Shown here: one piece after another, positions 46,454 through 54,836 of the stretch
How positions within the stretch are numbered: the stretch's first letter is position 1
Layout: each line of letters opens with the position of its first letter
Assembly: GCA_963699545.1 (NCBI GenBank)
Contig: CAVOUE010000003.1
Coordinates: forward strand, 768,001-832,000
Length of the DNA stretch: 64,000 nucleotides
Source: Nitrospirota bacterium
GTDB taxonomy: Bacteria > Nitrospirota > Thermodesulfovibrionia > Thermodesulfovibrionales > UBA9159
Direction of reading: 5' to 3'
The notes under the pieces: model-generated
The model's input: only the letters and a program-made list of their open reading frames with translations
Told to the model about the DNA's origin: nothing
The model's database searches: none
Translations under genes and position numbers: made by a program

Positions 46454-46491
46454 GTTACAGCATTGTTACAAGAATATTAAATTTCTGAGAA
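46454..46491 (-). promoter_or_regulatory. 11-bp-periodic direct repeats upstream of Cys4 paralog 2
   Basis: Plus-strand GTTAC 46454, GTTAC 46465, ATTAA 46476, GAGAA 46487. Confidence 0.5.
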
Positions 46492-46569
46492 AAGACATAA
46501 AAGGGGAAATCAGTAATCATGCTGACTGCCTGAGAAAGTCTTTTGATCCATCTTAAACCCTCTGTTACG

Positions 46570-46737
46570 CTACGCAACTCTTCTGCATGCCATACCCGTT
46601 GAGATGAAATAGAGAGAAATGAAAACCTTGCATTTCTCCCACTCTCCCATCAAACAGCATTTTTTGTCAGCACACGGTATCCTTTCCGGCTCGATACCTG
46701 CCACTTCACAAATCCCCTTCTTGAAACTTGGACACAT
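46570..46737 (-). CDS. Small Cys4 protein (C-x7-C-x17-C-x7-C), paralog 3
   Basis: MCPSF....C...CC....WEKCKVF; GGGGGGTG RBS. Confidence 0.6.
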   Translation of the reverse strand: MCPSFKKGICEVAGIEPERIPCADKKCCLMGEWEKCKVFISLYFISTGMACRRVA

Positions 46738-46821
46738 TTCGATCACCCCCCCTATGTCATTACCCCAACCCGCTTCACAGGATAAATCTTGGCTGTCTGC
46801 AGTCAAGGTTATCATCGAGAT

Positions 46822-46848
46822 GTTACAGCATGATGAAGCAGAGGTTAA
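46822..46848 (-). promoter_or_regulatory. Three 11-bp-periodic direct repeats upstream of Cys4 paralog 3
   Basis: Plus-strand GTTAC 46822, ATGAA 46833, GTTAA 46844 (same series as 35601). Confidence 0.55.
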
Positions 46849-46872
46849 TTTTCTTAGGCAAGGAATTTTAAG

Positions 46873-47006
46873 GCACGTAAATAAATTGAAGTTACATGCT
46901 GTTGAGGAATGTTACTTAAGACTATAATTCAATATGTTAAGCATAAATCCAAAATAGAAACCCTTTGCAAGAATGGCTCTGAGCGGTCCTGGATCCAGCC
47001 CTCCTG
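46873..47006 (+). repeat. Copy 2 of ~134-bp diverged direct repeat with AGTTACA-N13-TGTTACT (46890-46916)
   Basis: Ungapped match to 35078-35211. Confidence 0.75.
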
Positions 47007-47028
47007 CCAATCCCGCCACTCTCTCAGG

Positions 47029-47222
47029 CTATCTCTCTTCGTCCGAATTGCTGCTCTTCTTGAACACCTCAGGATCTATGTTCCCCGACCCGGGCCCTCC
47101 GCACTCCGGAATATAACAGGTAACGTCAACGTACTCACACTTTTCTTTGCATGAAGGACAAAGGTCCGGCGGAACATCCGCTTTCATCGTGTAGCCGCAT
47201 TTATTACATTTCCAGAAGTCAT
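47029..47222 (-). CDS. Small rubredoxin-like protein (1-bp frameshift right after ATG; absent from ORF track)
   Basis: GGAGG RBS; FWKCNKCGYTMKADVPPDLCPSCKEKCEYVDVTCYIPECGGPG. Confidence 0.75.
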
Positions 47223-47369
47223 ACCTGCCTCCTTCTTTACCGCTGCGTTAACACTAGTATATCAGGTCCAGGTCGAGCGTACATGAAGCTGCTTTTTGTT
47301 GACTTAAACGCGCGAATTCTAATATCATGTCCGGAGAGGACCAAGATCGAATTTATGAGGAGGATACGT

Positions 47370-48383
47370 ATGAAAAGGCTCGGCAGCTTGCTCATCATGG
47401 GAGTAACGGCGCTCTCTCTTTTGTGTTTCCAGACGGGATGTGGAGGAGGCGGTGGCGCAAGTACTTCAAGAGAAGGCGGGCCGGACGCATCGCTTACGGC
47501 ATCCAATGCCGGACAGGTCGGCGACACGGTCACTCAGGCAGTGAAACTGGTGGCCCCGGCTGCTGCTCTGGGAGACCTGAAGACCTCGAGTGTTTCCCCG
47601 GAGAAAAGACCGCCGCTGCTGAGCATCCTTGAAAAAATTCTGCCGGTCTCCGCAAAGAGCATACAAGCGAAGCATATGAGCGGCGTTTCTGTATTCAACG
47701 AAACGTGCGCCAACGGAGGGAGCATTACGGTAACTATAACCGGTGTGGATCTGTTGAAAGAACTGATCATTGGCGACGTCAACGTCAGCTCATGCACGAT
47801 CGGGGCACAGACGTTGAACGGCACAATGCACGTGGAGTATATTGTCGGTTCAACTGATGCCCTTACGAATCCCACGCTCGATAACCTCAAGAACTTCAAG
47901 AAGGTCACTGTCACCACCTCTGCTTTCACCTATGTGAACACTACGAATACCGATAACGTGACCCTGAACGATCTTGTCCTGGTATTGCAGGATTTCACCT
48001 ATGACGGAAATGTCCTTACCGGTGGTTCGATCACATTGGGAGGCGTTGCAACCGGGACCATTGATGGCGAAGTGGTGGATATCGAGTGTGACAGCTTCGG
48101 GCTTGTGTTCAGTGCGGACCCCTCGGGTACAGCTGTGTCAGTATCGGGGAGAATAAAGGCCGCATGCCTTGGCGGCTGGGTGACCATGGTCACGAACCAG
48201 TCAGTGTTCCTCCCTGCGAATGCCCATTGTCCTACAGCAGGGGACATCGCTGTCTCTGCCGGTGCAGATACGGTAACAGTGCATGTTGCCGCAGATGCCA
48301 GGATAACCATTTCCTTTAACGGCAATGCAGTGAAGACGTATAACACTTGCAGCGAAGTGAAAGGCCTCTGTGTAAAACCGTGA
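47370..48383 (+). CDS. Beta-rich lipoprotein of unknown function
   Basis: GAGGAGG RBS; lipobox QTGC followed by GGGGG; Thr/Gly/Val-rich with Cys pairs. Confidence 0.75.
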   Translation: MKRLGSLLIMGVTALSLLCFQTGCGGGGGASTSREGGPDASLTASNAGQVGDTVTQAVKLVAPAAALGDLKTSSVSPEKRPPLLSILEKILPVSAKSIQAKHMSGVSVFNETCANGGSITVTITGVDLLKELIIGDVNVSSCTIGAQTLNGTMHVEYIVGSTDALTNPTLDNLKNFKKVTVTTSAFTYVNTTNTDNVTLNDLVLVLQDFTYDGNVLTGGSITLGGVATGTIDGEVVDIECDSFGLVFSADPSGTAVSVSGRIKAACLGGWVTMVTNQSVFLPANAHCPTAGDIAVSAGADTVTVHVAADARITISFNGNAVKTYNTCSEVKGLCVKP

Positions 48384-48438
48384 AGGAGGCGAGCCTCCTC
48401 TCTTTCACTGAATACGGTAAGGCAAGGAAGCACCGTTG

Positions 48439-49287
48439 ATGTTTGACGATGAAAATATCACGCTGAAGAACAAGATCGCCGAGCTCAAGGAGCGCCTGAA
48501 TCAGATATATTCCCAGTCCGCTGTCGAGGCCGGCAAGAGCAAGGCATTTGAGAGCGAGTTCTCCCTGTATGTGAAGGCTTGTGAGCATGCCCGGTCCGAG
48601 CAGAGGGAAGGTGTCAGGCTTCAGCACGATGCTACAAAATTCGGGCTGGCGGTCCTGACCCTTTTTTTTGTGATCACCGTTTACGGCTTTACCAGACACG
48701 TTCTTCTCGGCATGCTTATGCTTTTGGGATACGGGATGGTTTCGTGCGGGTTCATGTACGTGCTTCTGGCGGGAGAAATACGGATAACGAGGGCGAGAGA
48801 GTATTGTCTTGCGCTGGAAACCTACTTTAAGCGCTACCGTTGGGCCGGTGAACAAAAGGAAGCCCTTACGTTGCCGGGGATCCCATTGTGGGAAGGATAC
48901 AGGAGCGCATGGGGGAAAGATCTTTTTGCTGAAGGTCCCTACGGAAGAACAGCCCTCTATGCTCCCTTTCGGATCGCGCTGACATTGGCAGATCTGCTGG
49001 CCTTTGCGTATCTGGGTTACTCGTTCATTGCTCACCGGTCCGAGCTCTCATGGATCACGATGACGATCGGCTGTATCGCATGGGTCATGGCGGTTGCCGT
49101 GCAGATGCTTCTCGTGCATGCGATAATCAACAAAGGTGGCGGAAGACTGGCAATAGAGAAAGAAAGGCCGGAGGAATATCAAGAGGAAAGGACCGGCCGG
49201 CAAGCCGTCACGTGGGGCACAATGCTCAGGCTTTTTCTTGGCCTGGATATAATCTTCCCTGAAGAAATCGAGAAGGAGCCTCATTGA
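48439..49287 (+). CDS. Membrane protein with N-terminal coiled coil, unknown function
   Basis: Intact ORF, 4 hydrophobic segments. Confidence 0.65.
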   Translation: MFDDENITLKNKIAELKERLNQIYSQSAVEAGKSKAFESEFSLYVKACEHARSEQREGVRLQHDATKFGLAVLTLFFVITVYGFTRHVLLGMLMLLGYGMVSCGFMYVLLAGEIRITRAREYCLALETYFKRYRWAGEQKEALTLPGIPLWEGYRSAWGKDLFAEGPYGRTALYAPFRIALTLADLLAFAYLGYSFIAHRSELSWITMTIGCIAWVMAVAVQMLLVHAIINKGGGRLAIEKERPEEYQEERTGRQAVTWGTMLRLFLGLDIIFPEEIEKEPH

Positions 49288-49356
49288 ACGGAAAAGCGGG
49301 TCGCTGTCGACAGAACCATTCAGGACATGTACAGTGTGAACGGTGATCTGTTCGAT

Positions 49357-49719
49357 ATGAAGAGAATAGGTATGCTACTTCTGCTTTGTCTGGCGTCCCC
49401 GGCCTATGCCGATCCTTCCATCGAATTTGTGAACGAGACGCATGATTTCGGTCATGTGACGCAAGGGGAACTGCAGGAGCATTTCTTTGAGTTTACCAAT
49501 ACGGGAACTGACGAACTGGTCATAGAAAGAGTTGAGTCCTCATGAGAATGCACTGCTGCGATGGCTGGTTCCAGCCATCTTAAGCCTGGCGAAAGAGGAA
49601 CTATAAGGGCACAACTTGACACCAGAAGCAGAATAGGCACAATCGTCAGGACAGTTCAGGTGTTTACCAATGATCCTAAGAGACCGCGAGTGATCCTGAC
49701 CTTAAAGGCCGACATTTAG
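49357..49719 (+). CDS. DUF1573-type secreted protein with in-frame TGA (49543-49545), candidate selenoprotein
   Basis: HDFG.V..G...EH.FEFTNTG...LVIERVESS*ECTA...LKPGERG.I...DT...V.TNDP; hairpin downstream of the TGA. Confidence 0.75.
49560..49579 (+). promoter_or_regulatory. Candidate bacterial SECIS hairpin
   Basis: GATGGCTG-GTTC-CAGCCATC, 8-bp stem, G-led loop 22 nt after TGA. Confidence 0.6.
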
Positions 49720-49777
49720 AAAATCCAAATAAAGTAACACCAACCTTCTTATGTTACGATAATAGTCCAAGTCCCTG

Positions 49778-50464
49778 TCAGATAATAGTTTCGAGCTCGG
49801 TCAGGAGGTAATATGCTTCCCTTCGCTCATGGTCTGTGATCCCAGGGCTCAGGACGATCTCCTTCGCTCTCTCTATGACGCCAAGCTTTAATCCCCTTGC
49901 CAAAATGGCGAGGTCGATCCCTGCATTCCTGCCCATCTCCTTCAGGACCGTCTCTCCGATGGCCGGTGCTACGAGCGTCAGGAAGGAGGACAGCAGGGTG
50001 AATGCAACGGGAAAGGCATCCTCTTTTTCAGCTCTCTCGGCGAAATCCACGACCGACTTCAATATCTCTGTCAGCAGTTCCGGACTGTAGTCGCGGCTGT
50101 CCCTGAACGGATTGCTGCCCCGGGCGGCTGCCTGGCCTCTGTTCAAATATTCATTGCGTTCATTTTTGTGCTGTTCATAGCTCTGTAATATGCATTTGAC
50201 AAAGGCATCGGCAAACTCCCTGCAGTGTTTCCTGATCATACCCCTGAAGGGCCCCTCCGTATTCCATTTCCTGAGAAGCCCGTAGGAGATCCCCAGCTCC
50301 GTCGCCACGGTGATCTGCTTGTCAGCAGTGAGCATATAAAGGGTGGCTAGATACTTTTTCCTGGAGAATCCGATGCGCCGCCCCCTGGACGTCCCCCTCC
50401 GCCCGGGCTCAACGTATGCCCTGGTCTGTTCCTCAATGAAGCTCTCCAGTAGAGTATTTTCCAT
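49778..50464 (-). CDS. Putative HTH DNA-binding protein
   Basis: KQITVATELGISYGLLRKW helix-turn-helix-like segment; basic N-terminal arm. Confidence 0.65.
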   Translation of the reverse strand: MENTLLESFIEEQTRAYVEPGRRGTSRGRRIGFSRKKYLATLYMLTADKQITVATELGISYGLLRKWNTEGPFRGMIRKHCREFADAFVKCILQSYEQHKNERNEYLNRGQAAARGSNPFRDSRDYSPELLTEILKSVVDFAERAEKEDAFPVAFTLLSSFLTLVAPAIGETVLKEMGRNAGIDLAILARGLKLGVIERAKEIVLSPGITDHERREAYYLLTELETII

Positions 50465-50488
50465 GAAAGACCATGTAAATAAATAACT

Positions 50489-50523
50489 AATAACATAGTA
50501 TATGATAGTGTTACTTATGTCAA
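50489..50523 (-). promoter_or_regulatory. sigma70-like promoter overlapped by AATAACA-N13-TGTTACT palindrome
   Basis: Minus TTGACA-N17-TACTAT (50523-50495); palindrome 50489-50515. Confidence 0.6.
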
Positions 50524-50660
50524 GTTGGGCGGTCGTCAGGCGGGGCTTAAAGCATCCGCCAAAGGGGAAGAATCACCCCGCAACTTCCTGAGACGGAAAG
50601 GGCGCGCCCACTGATTTTCCGCCTTTTGCAGGAGCACACGATTTATGCTATGCTTTTTCC

Positions 50661-51329
50661 ATGGACGAACGGAGGAACTACCAGAGGTTTGTGGTGGAGG
50701 GAGTGGAAGGCACCCTCATGTTCGCCACTGACGTTGATATCATCAACGTCAGCATAAACGGCATCGCGCTGAAGGCCAACAGAAGGCTCGAGATCGGCAG
50801 GGAATACACCCTCAAGCTTGAATTTCAGGATAAGGTCATAGCTCTGAACGGTATCGTTGTCTGGTCGGTGCTGAGCGAACTTGGAAGAGGACAGCATGAG
50901 GAAAAGGTTCCGATCTACAAGGCAGGGATGCGCTTCACCAACGTTATATCGGAAAAGATGGAGAGCCTCCTCGATTTTATTGATGAGCACAAGGTTGCGC
51001 CGGAACACAGAGTGACCGTCAGGTTCGATGTCAGGTCGCCCGACCGGGCCAGTCTGAACGGCCCCCACACCTATAAGGTCAAGAAAGTGAGCGATGGAGG
51101 CATGCTTATAGAGACAGACCAGCCGTTCAATGTTGAGGAATCATTGCCCATGGAAATATCCCTTCAGGACGATACGACGATCCGTTTTGTGGGGCGCGTC
51201 GCCTCCTGCCATGAGATCACCAAGGAACCCCCGAAACGCTATGCCATCGGGATAGAGTTCAAGGAAATATCAGCAGCCGATAAGGCCAGAGTCACGGAGT
51301 TCATCAAGTCCCTGCGTCCCGCTCAGTAA
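50661..51329 (+). CDS. Tandem PilZ-domain protein
   Basis: ERRNYQRF + NVSINGI...AGMRF; second domain KVSDGGML...GIEF. Confidence 0.85.
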   Translation: MDERRNYQRFVVEGVEGTLMFATDVDIINVSINGIALKANRRLEIGREYTLKLEFQDKVIALNGIVVWSVLSELGRGQHEEKVPIYKAGMRFTNVISEKMESLLDFIDEHKVAPEHRVTVRFDVRSPDRASLNGPHTYKVKKVSDGGMLIETDQPFNVEESLPMEISLQDDTTIRFVGRVASCHEITKEPPKRYAIGIEFKEISAADKARVTEFIKSLRPAQ

Positions 51330-51954
51330 TCACGTCATCGGGGAGTTCGTCTCTATCGTCTTTTGTCTTGGGAAAGTGTTTTGCCAGCAGTTCCCCTGAC
51401 TCTTTGATCGCTTTGCAGAGGGCGTCGCAGGCCCGGCCCTTGGCGATGCCTTTCGATACCTCCGCCGCAAATTTGTTCAGGGTCTCTTGCCCGATCTTTC
51501 TGTGGATCCCCTTGTCCGCGAGTACCCAGACCTTCCGCTCCAGCAGAGAGATGAAGAAGAGCACGCCGGTATGTTCCTTCGTCCTGCTCAGCCCCTTCTC
51601 ATGGAAGGCGCTGATAGCACGGTGGCGCACTGCGTGTTCCTTCCTTCCCGCGCCGAGAAAGGCGGTCCTGAGGGGATGAAATTTTCTGAAGACGATCCTG
51701 AAGGGAAAGAAGAAGCTAAATGCCAGGGGGATGAAGAACCACATCGAGGCATTGAAGAAGAAACCGGTTATCGCCAATGAAAGGAGGCTTGCCACCGCGA
51801 CGCCTCCCATGACCTCCCCGTCCCGGTACTCGTCACTTCTGTCCACAACCATCACCACCACTTCTCCGATGGTGCAGCATTCCACCTCGCGGGTCGTCTC
51901 TTTTATCCGCTTTCTTTCCTCTTCGCTGAAAAAATGTTCAACGCTGTGTTTCAT
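51304..51954 (-). CDS. TPM-domain membrane protein
   Basis: E..T.GEVV, TKEHTGVLFFIS..ER.V.VLADKGI, HFP....DELPD. Confidence 0.85.
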   Translation of the reverse strand: MKHSVEHFFSEEERKRIKETTREVECCTIGEVVVMVVDRSDEYRDGEVMGGVAVASLLSLAITGFFFNASMWFFIPLAFSFFFPFRIVFRKFHPLRTAFLGAGRKEHAVRHRAISAFHEKGLSRTKEHTGVLFFISLLERKVWVLADKGIHRKIGQETLNKFAAEVSKGIAKGRACDALCKAIKESGELLAKHFPKTKDDRDELPDDVITERDAGT

Positions 51955-52823
51955 TACCAGTCTCCTGATGCCCCGCCGCCGCCGAAGTCGCCTCCTCCGC
52001 CACCGCCGAAGTCAATGCCTCCTCCTCCGCCGCTGCTGCCGAACCCGCCGCCGGTAAACCCTCCGGGCCAGAATCCTCCTGCTCCGCCGCCTCTGCCACC
52101 GGCGGAGAAGAGCGCGGGAAGAAAGAGTCCGAGGATGAAACCCACGACCGCAAGAATAAGCAGACCCAATACGCCGATGGATATGGACGCCAGAAGTATG
52201 CTCAGGGGAAGTCCCACCGCACCGCCGACCGCCCCGAGGGGCCGGGACATGCTCCCGAGAACAAGGATGGCGATACCGCCGAAGATCAGGAACGTGAGGA
52301 GGCGTGACGGGGCGTCGCGCCTCCTTGCCGTGTGGTTTCCGTCAGCCTTGAACTCGCCGCGCGTGGCGTCGATGATGGCAGAGACACCTGCGGTGAAGCC
52401 CCCGTCATAATCGGCACGCTTGAACCTCGGTTTCACCACAAGGTCAATGATCCTCCCGGCCATCAGGTCGGTCAGCTTCCCCTCAAGTCCCCTTCCCACC
52501 TCTATCCGTATCTTTCTCTCCTGTTTTGCCACGATCAGGATAATGCCGTTGTCCTTACCCTTCTGCCCGATCTTCCACGACTCGGCGACCTTGATGCCAA
52601 AATCCTCGATCACTTCTCCCTCCAGTGATGGCGTGGTCAGGATGACCACCTGTGTCGAGTCGGACCGTTCGAATGCCTGCAGCTCGCTTTCGAGCCGGGC
52701 CCTGGTCTCCGGAGAGATCATCCCCGCGTAATCGTTCACGTAGCCCTGAAGTTTGGGAACGTCGAGCGCGTGGGCGGCCCATACGGACAGGAGAAAAAAT
52801 CCCGCTAAGAAAGCTCTCTTCAC
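51954..52823 (-). CDS. TPM-domain protein (YgcG-like) with Gly-rich tail
   Basis: VNDYAGMIS, WKIGQKGKDNG, RIEVGRGLEG, GGGDFGGGGASGDW. Confidence 0.9.
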   Translation of the reverse strand: MKRAFLAGFFLLSVWAAHALDVPKLQGYVNDYAGMISPETRARLESELQAFERSDSTQVVILTTPSLEGEVIEDFGIKVAESWKIGQKGKDNGIILIVAKQERKIRIEVGRGLEGKLTDLMAGRIIDLVVKPRFKRADYDGGFTAGVSAIIDATRGEFKADGNHTARRRDAPSRLLTFLIFGGIAILVLGSMSRPLGAVGGAVGLPLSILLASISIGVLGLLILAVVGFILGLFLPALFSAGGRGGGAGGFWPGGFTGGGFGSSGGGGGIDFGGGGGGDFGGGGASGDW

Positions 52824-53411
52824 TTATGGGAACTGGACCTTGGGCGCCTTCTCGGCCCCGGCCTCAGCCTTGAACGGCTCCTTCAGTTTGAGATGGAGCA
52901 GGAGGCTGTTGGTAAGGCTGTTGGGGAATACCCGGATGGAGGTATTGAACGTCTCCACCGCCTTGTTAAACCGTACCCGCGCAACATTGATCCTGTTTTC
53001 GGTCCCCTCCAGCTGGTGCTGAAGGTCCTGGAAATTCTGGTTTGCCTTGAGGTCCGGATACTTCTCCACCACCACCATGAGCCGCGACAGTGCGCTGCTC
53101 AAAGCGCCCTGGGCCTCCTGAAACTGGCCGAATGCCTTTGGGTCCTCCAGGATGTTCTTTGATACCTGCATCGTGCCGACCTTTGCCCTTGCCTCTGTGA
53201 CCGCTACGAGGGTTTCCCTCTCGTGTTTTGCATACGCCTTCACCACTTCCACAAGGTTCGGTATAAGATCATTCCTCCTCTGGTAAGCTGCCTCAACGTC
53301 TCCCCAGGCCGCCTTCACCGTCTCTTCATTCGCCTGCATGATATTATATCCGCAGCCGGAGAGGCCAAACAGGATACCGACCAGCATGAAGTACACAAGA
53401 TATCTCTTCAC
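52824..53411 (-). CDS. lemA: LemA family lipoprotein
   Basis: [42 protein letters not shown] start after GAGGAGG. Confidence 0.92.
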   Translation of the reverse strand: MKRYLVYFMLVGILFGLSGCGYNIMQANEETVKAAWGDVEAAYQRRNDLIPNLVEVVKAYAKHERETLVAVTEARAKVGTMQVSKNILEDPKAFGQFQEAQGALSSALSRLMVVVEKYPDLKANQNFQDLQHQLEGTENRINVARVRFNKAVETFNTSIRVFPNSLTNSLLLHLKLKEPFKAEAGAEKAPKVQFP

Positions 53412-53521
53412 TCTTTCCTCCTCGTCTTTTTTTGTTAGAGTTGTTACCGAAAATATTGTAAACAAAAAAAAGCATAAAAGCCATAGATGGCGCATCATTT
53501 TTTGTGGTATCATTAATTTTC

Positions 53522-54430
53522 ATGAAGACGATTGTGATCATCGTGGCGGCATTTTGCATCATGGTTCCTGCCTCATCCCTCCTGGGCGCCGAGTCCTATC
53601 CCTACGGAAAGGACCAGACGGTCATTGGGTATCTGCAGGAACATACGGTAGAAGAGGGTGAATCCCTGATCGAGATCGCGCGGTATTTTGACCTCGGATT
53701 CAATGAGATAGATGATGCAAATCCTACCCTGAACGCCTTTGTCCCGGGGACGGGAGCTTCAGTTACAATACCTGCGTTATGGGTGCTGCCCGACGTGGAT
53801 CACCCAAGCGGAATTGTGATCAACCTTTCAGAAATGAGGCTTTACTATTTTTTTATACAGGGCAAATCAAAGGTGGTGAGAACGTACCCGATAGGAATAG
53901 GCGACGAGGGCACTGATACGCCCGTGGGGACCTTTACCGTGATCCAGAAGGCCGTAAATCCCGTGTGGTACGTTCCTGCATCCATAAGGAAAGAGAAGCC
54001 TGAGCTGCCCAGGGCGGTTCCTCCCGGACCGGAGAATCCCCTCGGTTCCCATGCGTTGCGGCTTTCCATCGGCCCTGTTCTCATCCACGGCACGAACAAG
54101 CCCTTCGGCGTGGGACGAAGAGTGAGCCATGGCTGCATACGGCTGTATCCTGAAGACATCCCGGAGCTTTACGGTATCGTCCCGAATGGAGCGAAGGTGA
54201 CCATTGTGAGGCAGCCTGTTAAAATAGGCGTCAGGGACAACCGGATATATATCGAGGTGCAAAGGGACGAACACCTGAAGGAATTTAACTACTTTAACGA
54301 GGCGGTGCGGATATTGACAAAGAAAGGGTTCCTTAAGGACGTGGATATGGAGAAGGTCTACCCGGTGATCGGAGAGAAGAACGGCATCCCGACGGTCATT
54401 TCGCTGCAAAAAGAAGGGTCTGAGAATTAG
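53522..54430 (+). CDS. L,D-transpeptidase (ErfK/YbiS/YcfS/YnhG) with LysM-like domain
   Basis: INLSEMRLYYF, PPGPENPLG, IHGTN...VSHGCIRLYPEDI. Confidence 0.92.
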   Translation: MKTIVIIVAAFCIMVPASSLLGAESYPYGKDQTVIGYLQEHTVEEGESLIEIARYFDLGFNEIDDANPTLNAFVPGTGASVTIPALWVLPDVDHPSGIVINLSEMRLYYFFIQGKSKVVRTYPIGIGDEGTDTPVGTFTVIQKAVNPVWYVPASIRKEKPELPRAVPPGPENPLGSHALRLSIGPVLIHGTNKPFGVGRRVSHGCIRLYPEDIPELYGIVPNGAKVTIVRQPVKIGVRDNRIYIEVQRDEHLKEFNYFNEAVRILTKKGFLKDVDMEKVYPVIGEKNGIPTVISLQKEGSEN

Positions 54431-54458
54431 AAAACCCTCAGACCCCCCTGCTCATGCC

Positions 54459-54836
54459 TTATTTCTTCTGCTTCAGTTCAAATGCCTTTGCCGCCTTTTC
54501 AGCCGCAGCCTCTGCTCTGGCAGCCGCAGCTTCCGCTCTTCTTGCCGCAGCCTCAGCTTTGTCGCAACATTCTTTTGCCAGTTTCATTGCGTCCTGAGCC
54601 ATTCCCTTGGCATCTGCCGCGTCTTTCTTTGCCTGGGCAATATCGGATGACATTGCGCCAACCTTTCTCTCCAGATCGCTCATCCTGCTTTCGACCGCCG
54701 AAACCCTTGCTTCAAGCTTGCTGATCCTGTCGACAAGGGGATCGATCTGCTGCTTCACATATTCCTTTGTCGCACAGCCTGTGGTGAAGACAAATAAAAG
54801 ACTGAACGCTAACAATAATAATACCGCCTTCTTCAT
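54459..54836 (-). CDS. Lpp/OprI-like alanine-zipper lipoprotein ending in Lys
   Basis: Lipobox TTGC, heptad coiled coil, AEAAARRAEAAA, C-terminal ...FELKQKK. Confidence 0.8.
   Translation of the reverse strand: MKKAVLLLLAFSLLFVFTTGCATKEYVKQQIDPLVDRISKLEARVSAVESRMSDLERKVGAMSSDIAQAKKDAADAKGMAQDAMKLAKECCDKAEAAARRAEAAAARAEAAAEKAAKAFELKQKK

Noticed and set aside
35114-47154. Paralogous ORFs 35114-35350 and 46909-47154 (MLLK...ETLCKNG) as real genes
   Set aside because: Mismatches spread evenly over codon positions (9/11/10 by hand), there is no clear RBS, and both overlap better-supported opposite-strand genes; treated as a DNA repeat
35787-53411. Magnetosome island (GxxxG protein, LemA/MamQ-like gene)
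   Set aside because: No recognisable mamA/B/E/K/M/P genes; lemA sits in the ordinary lemA-TPM-TPM context
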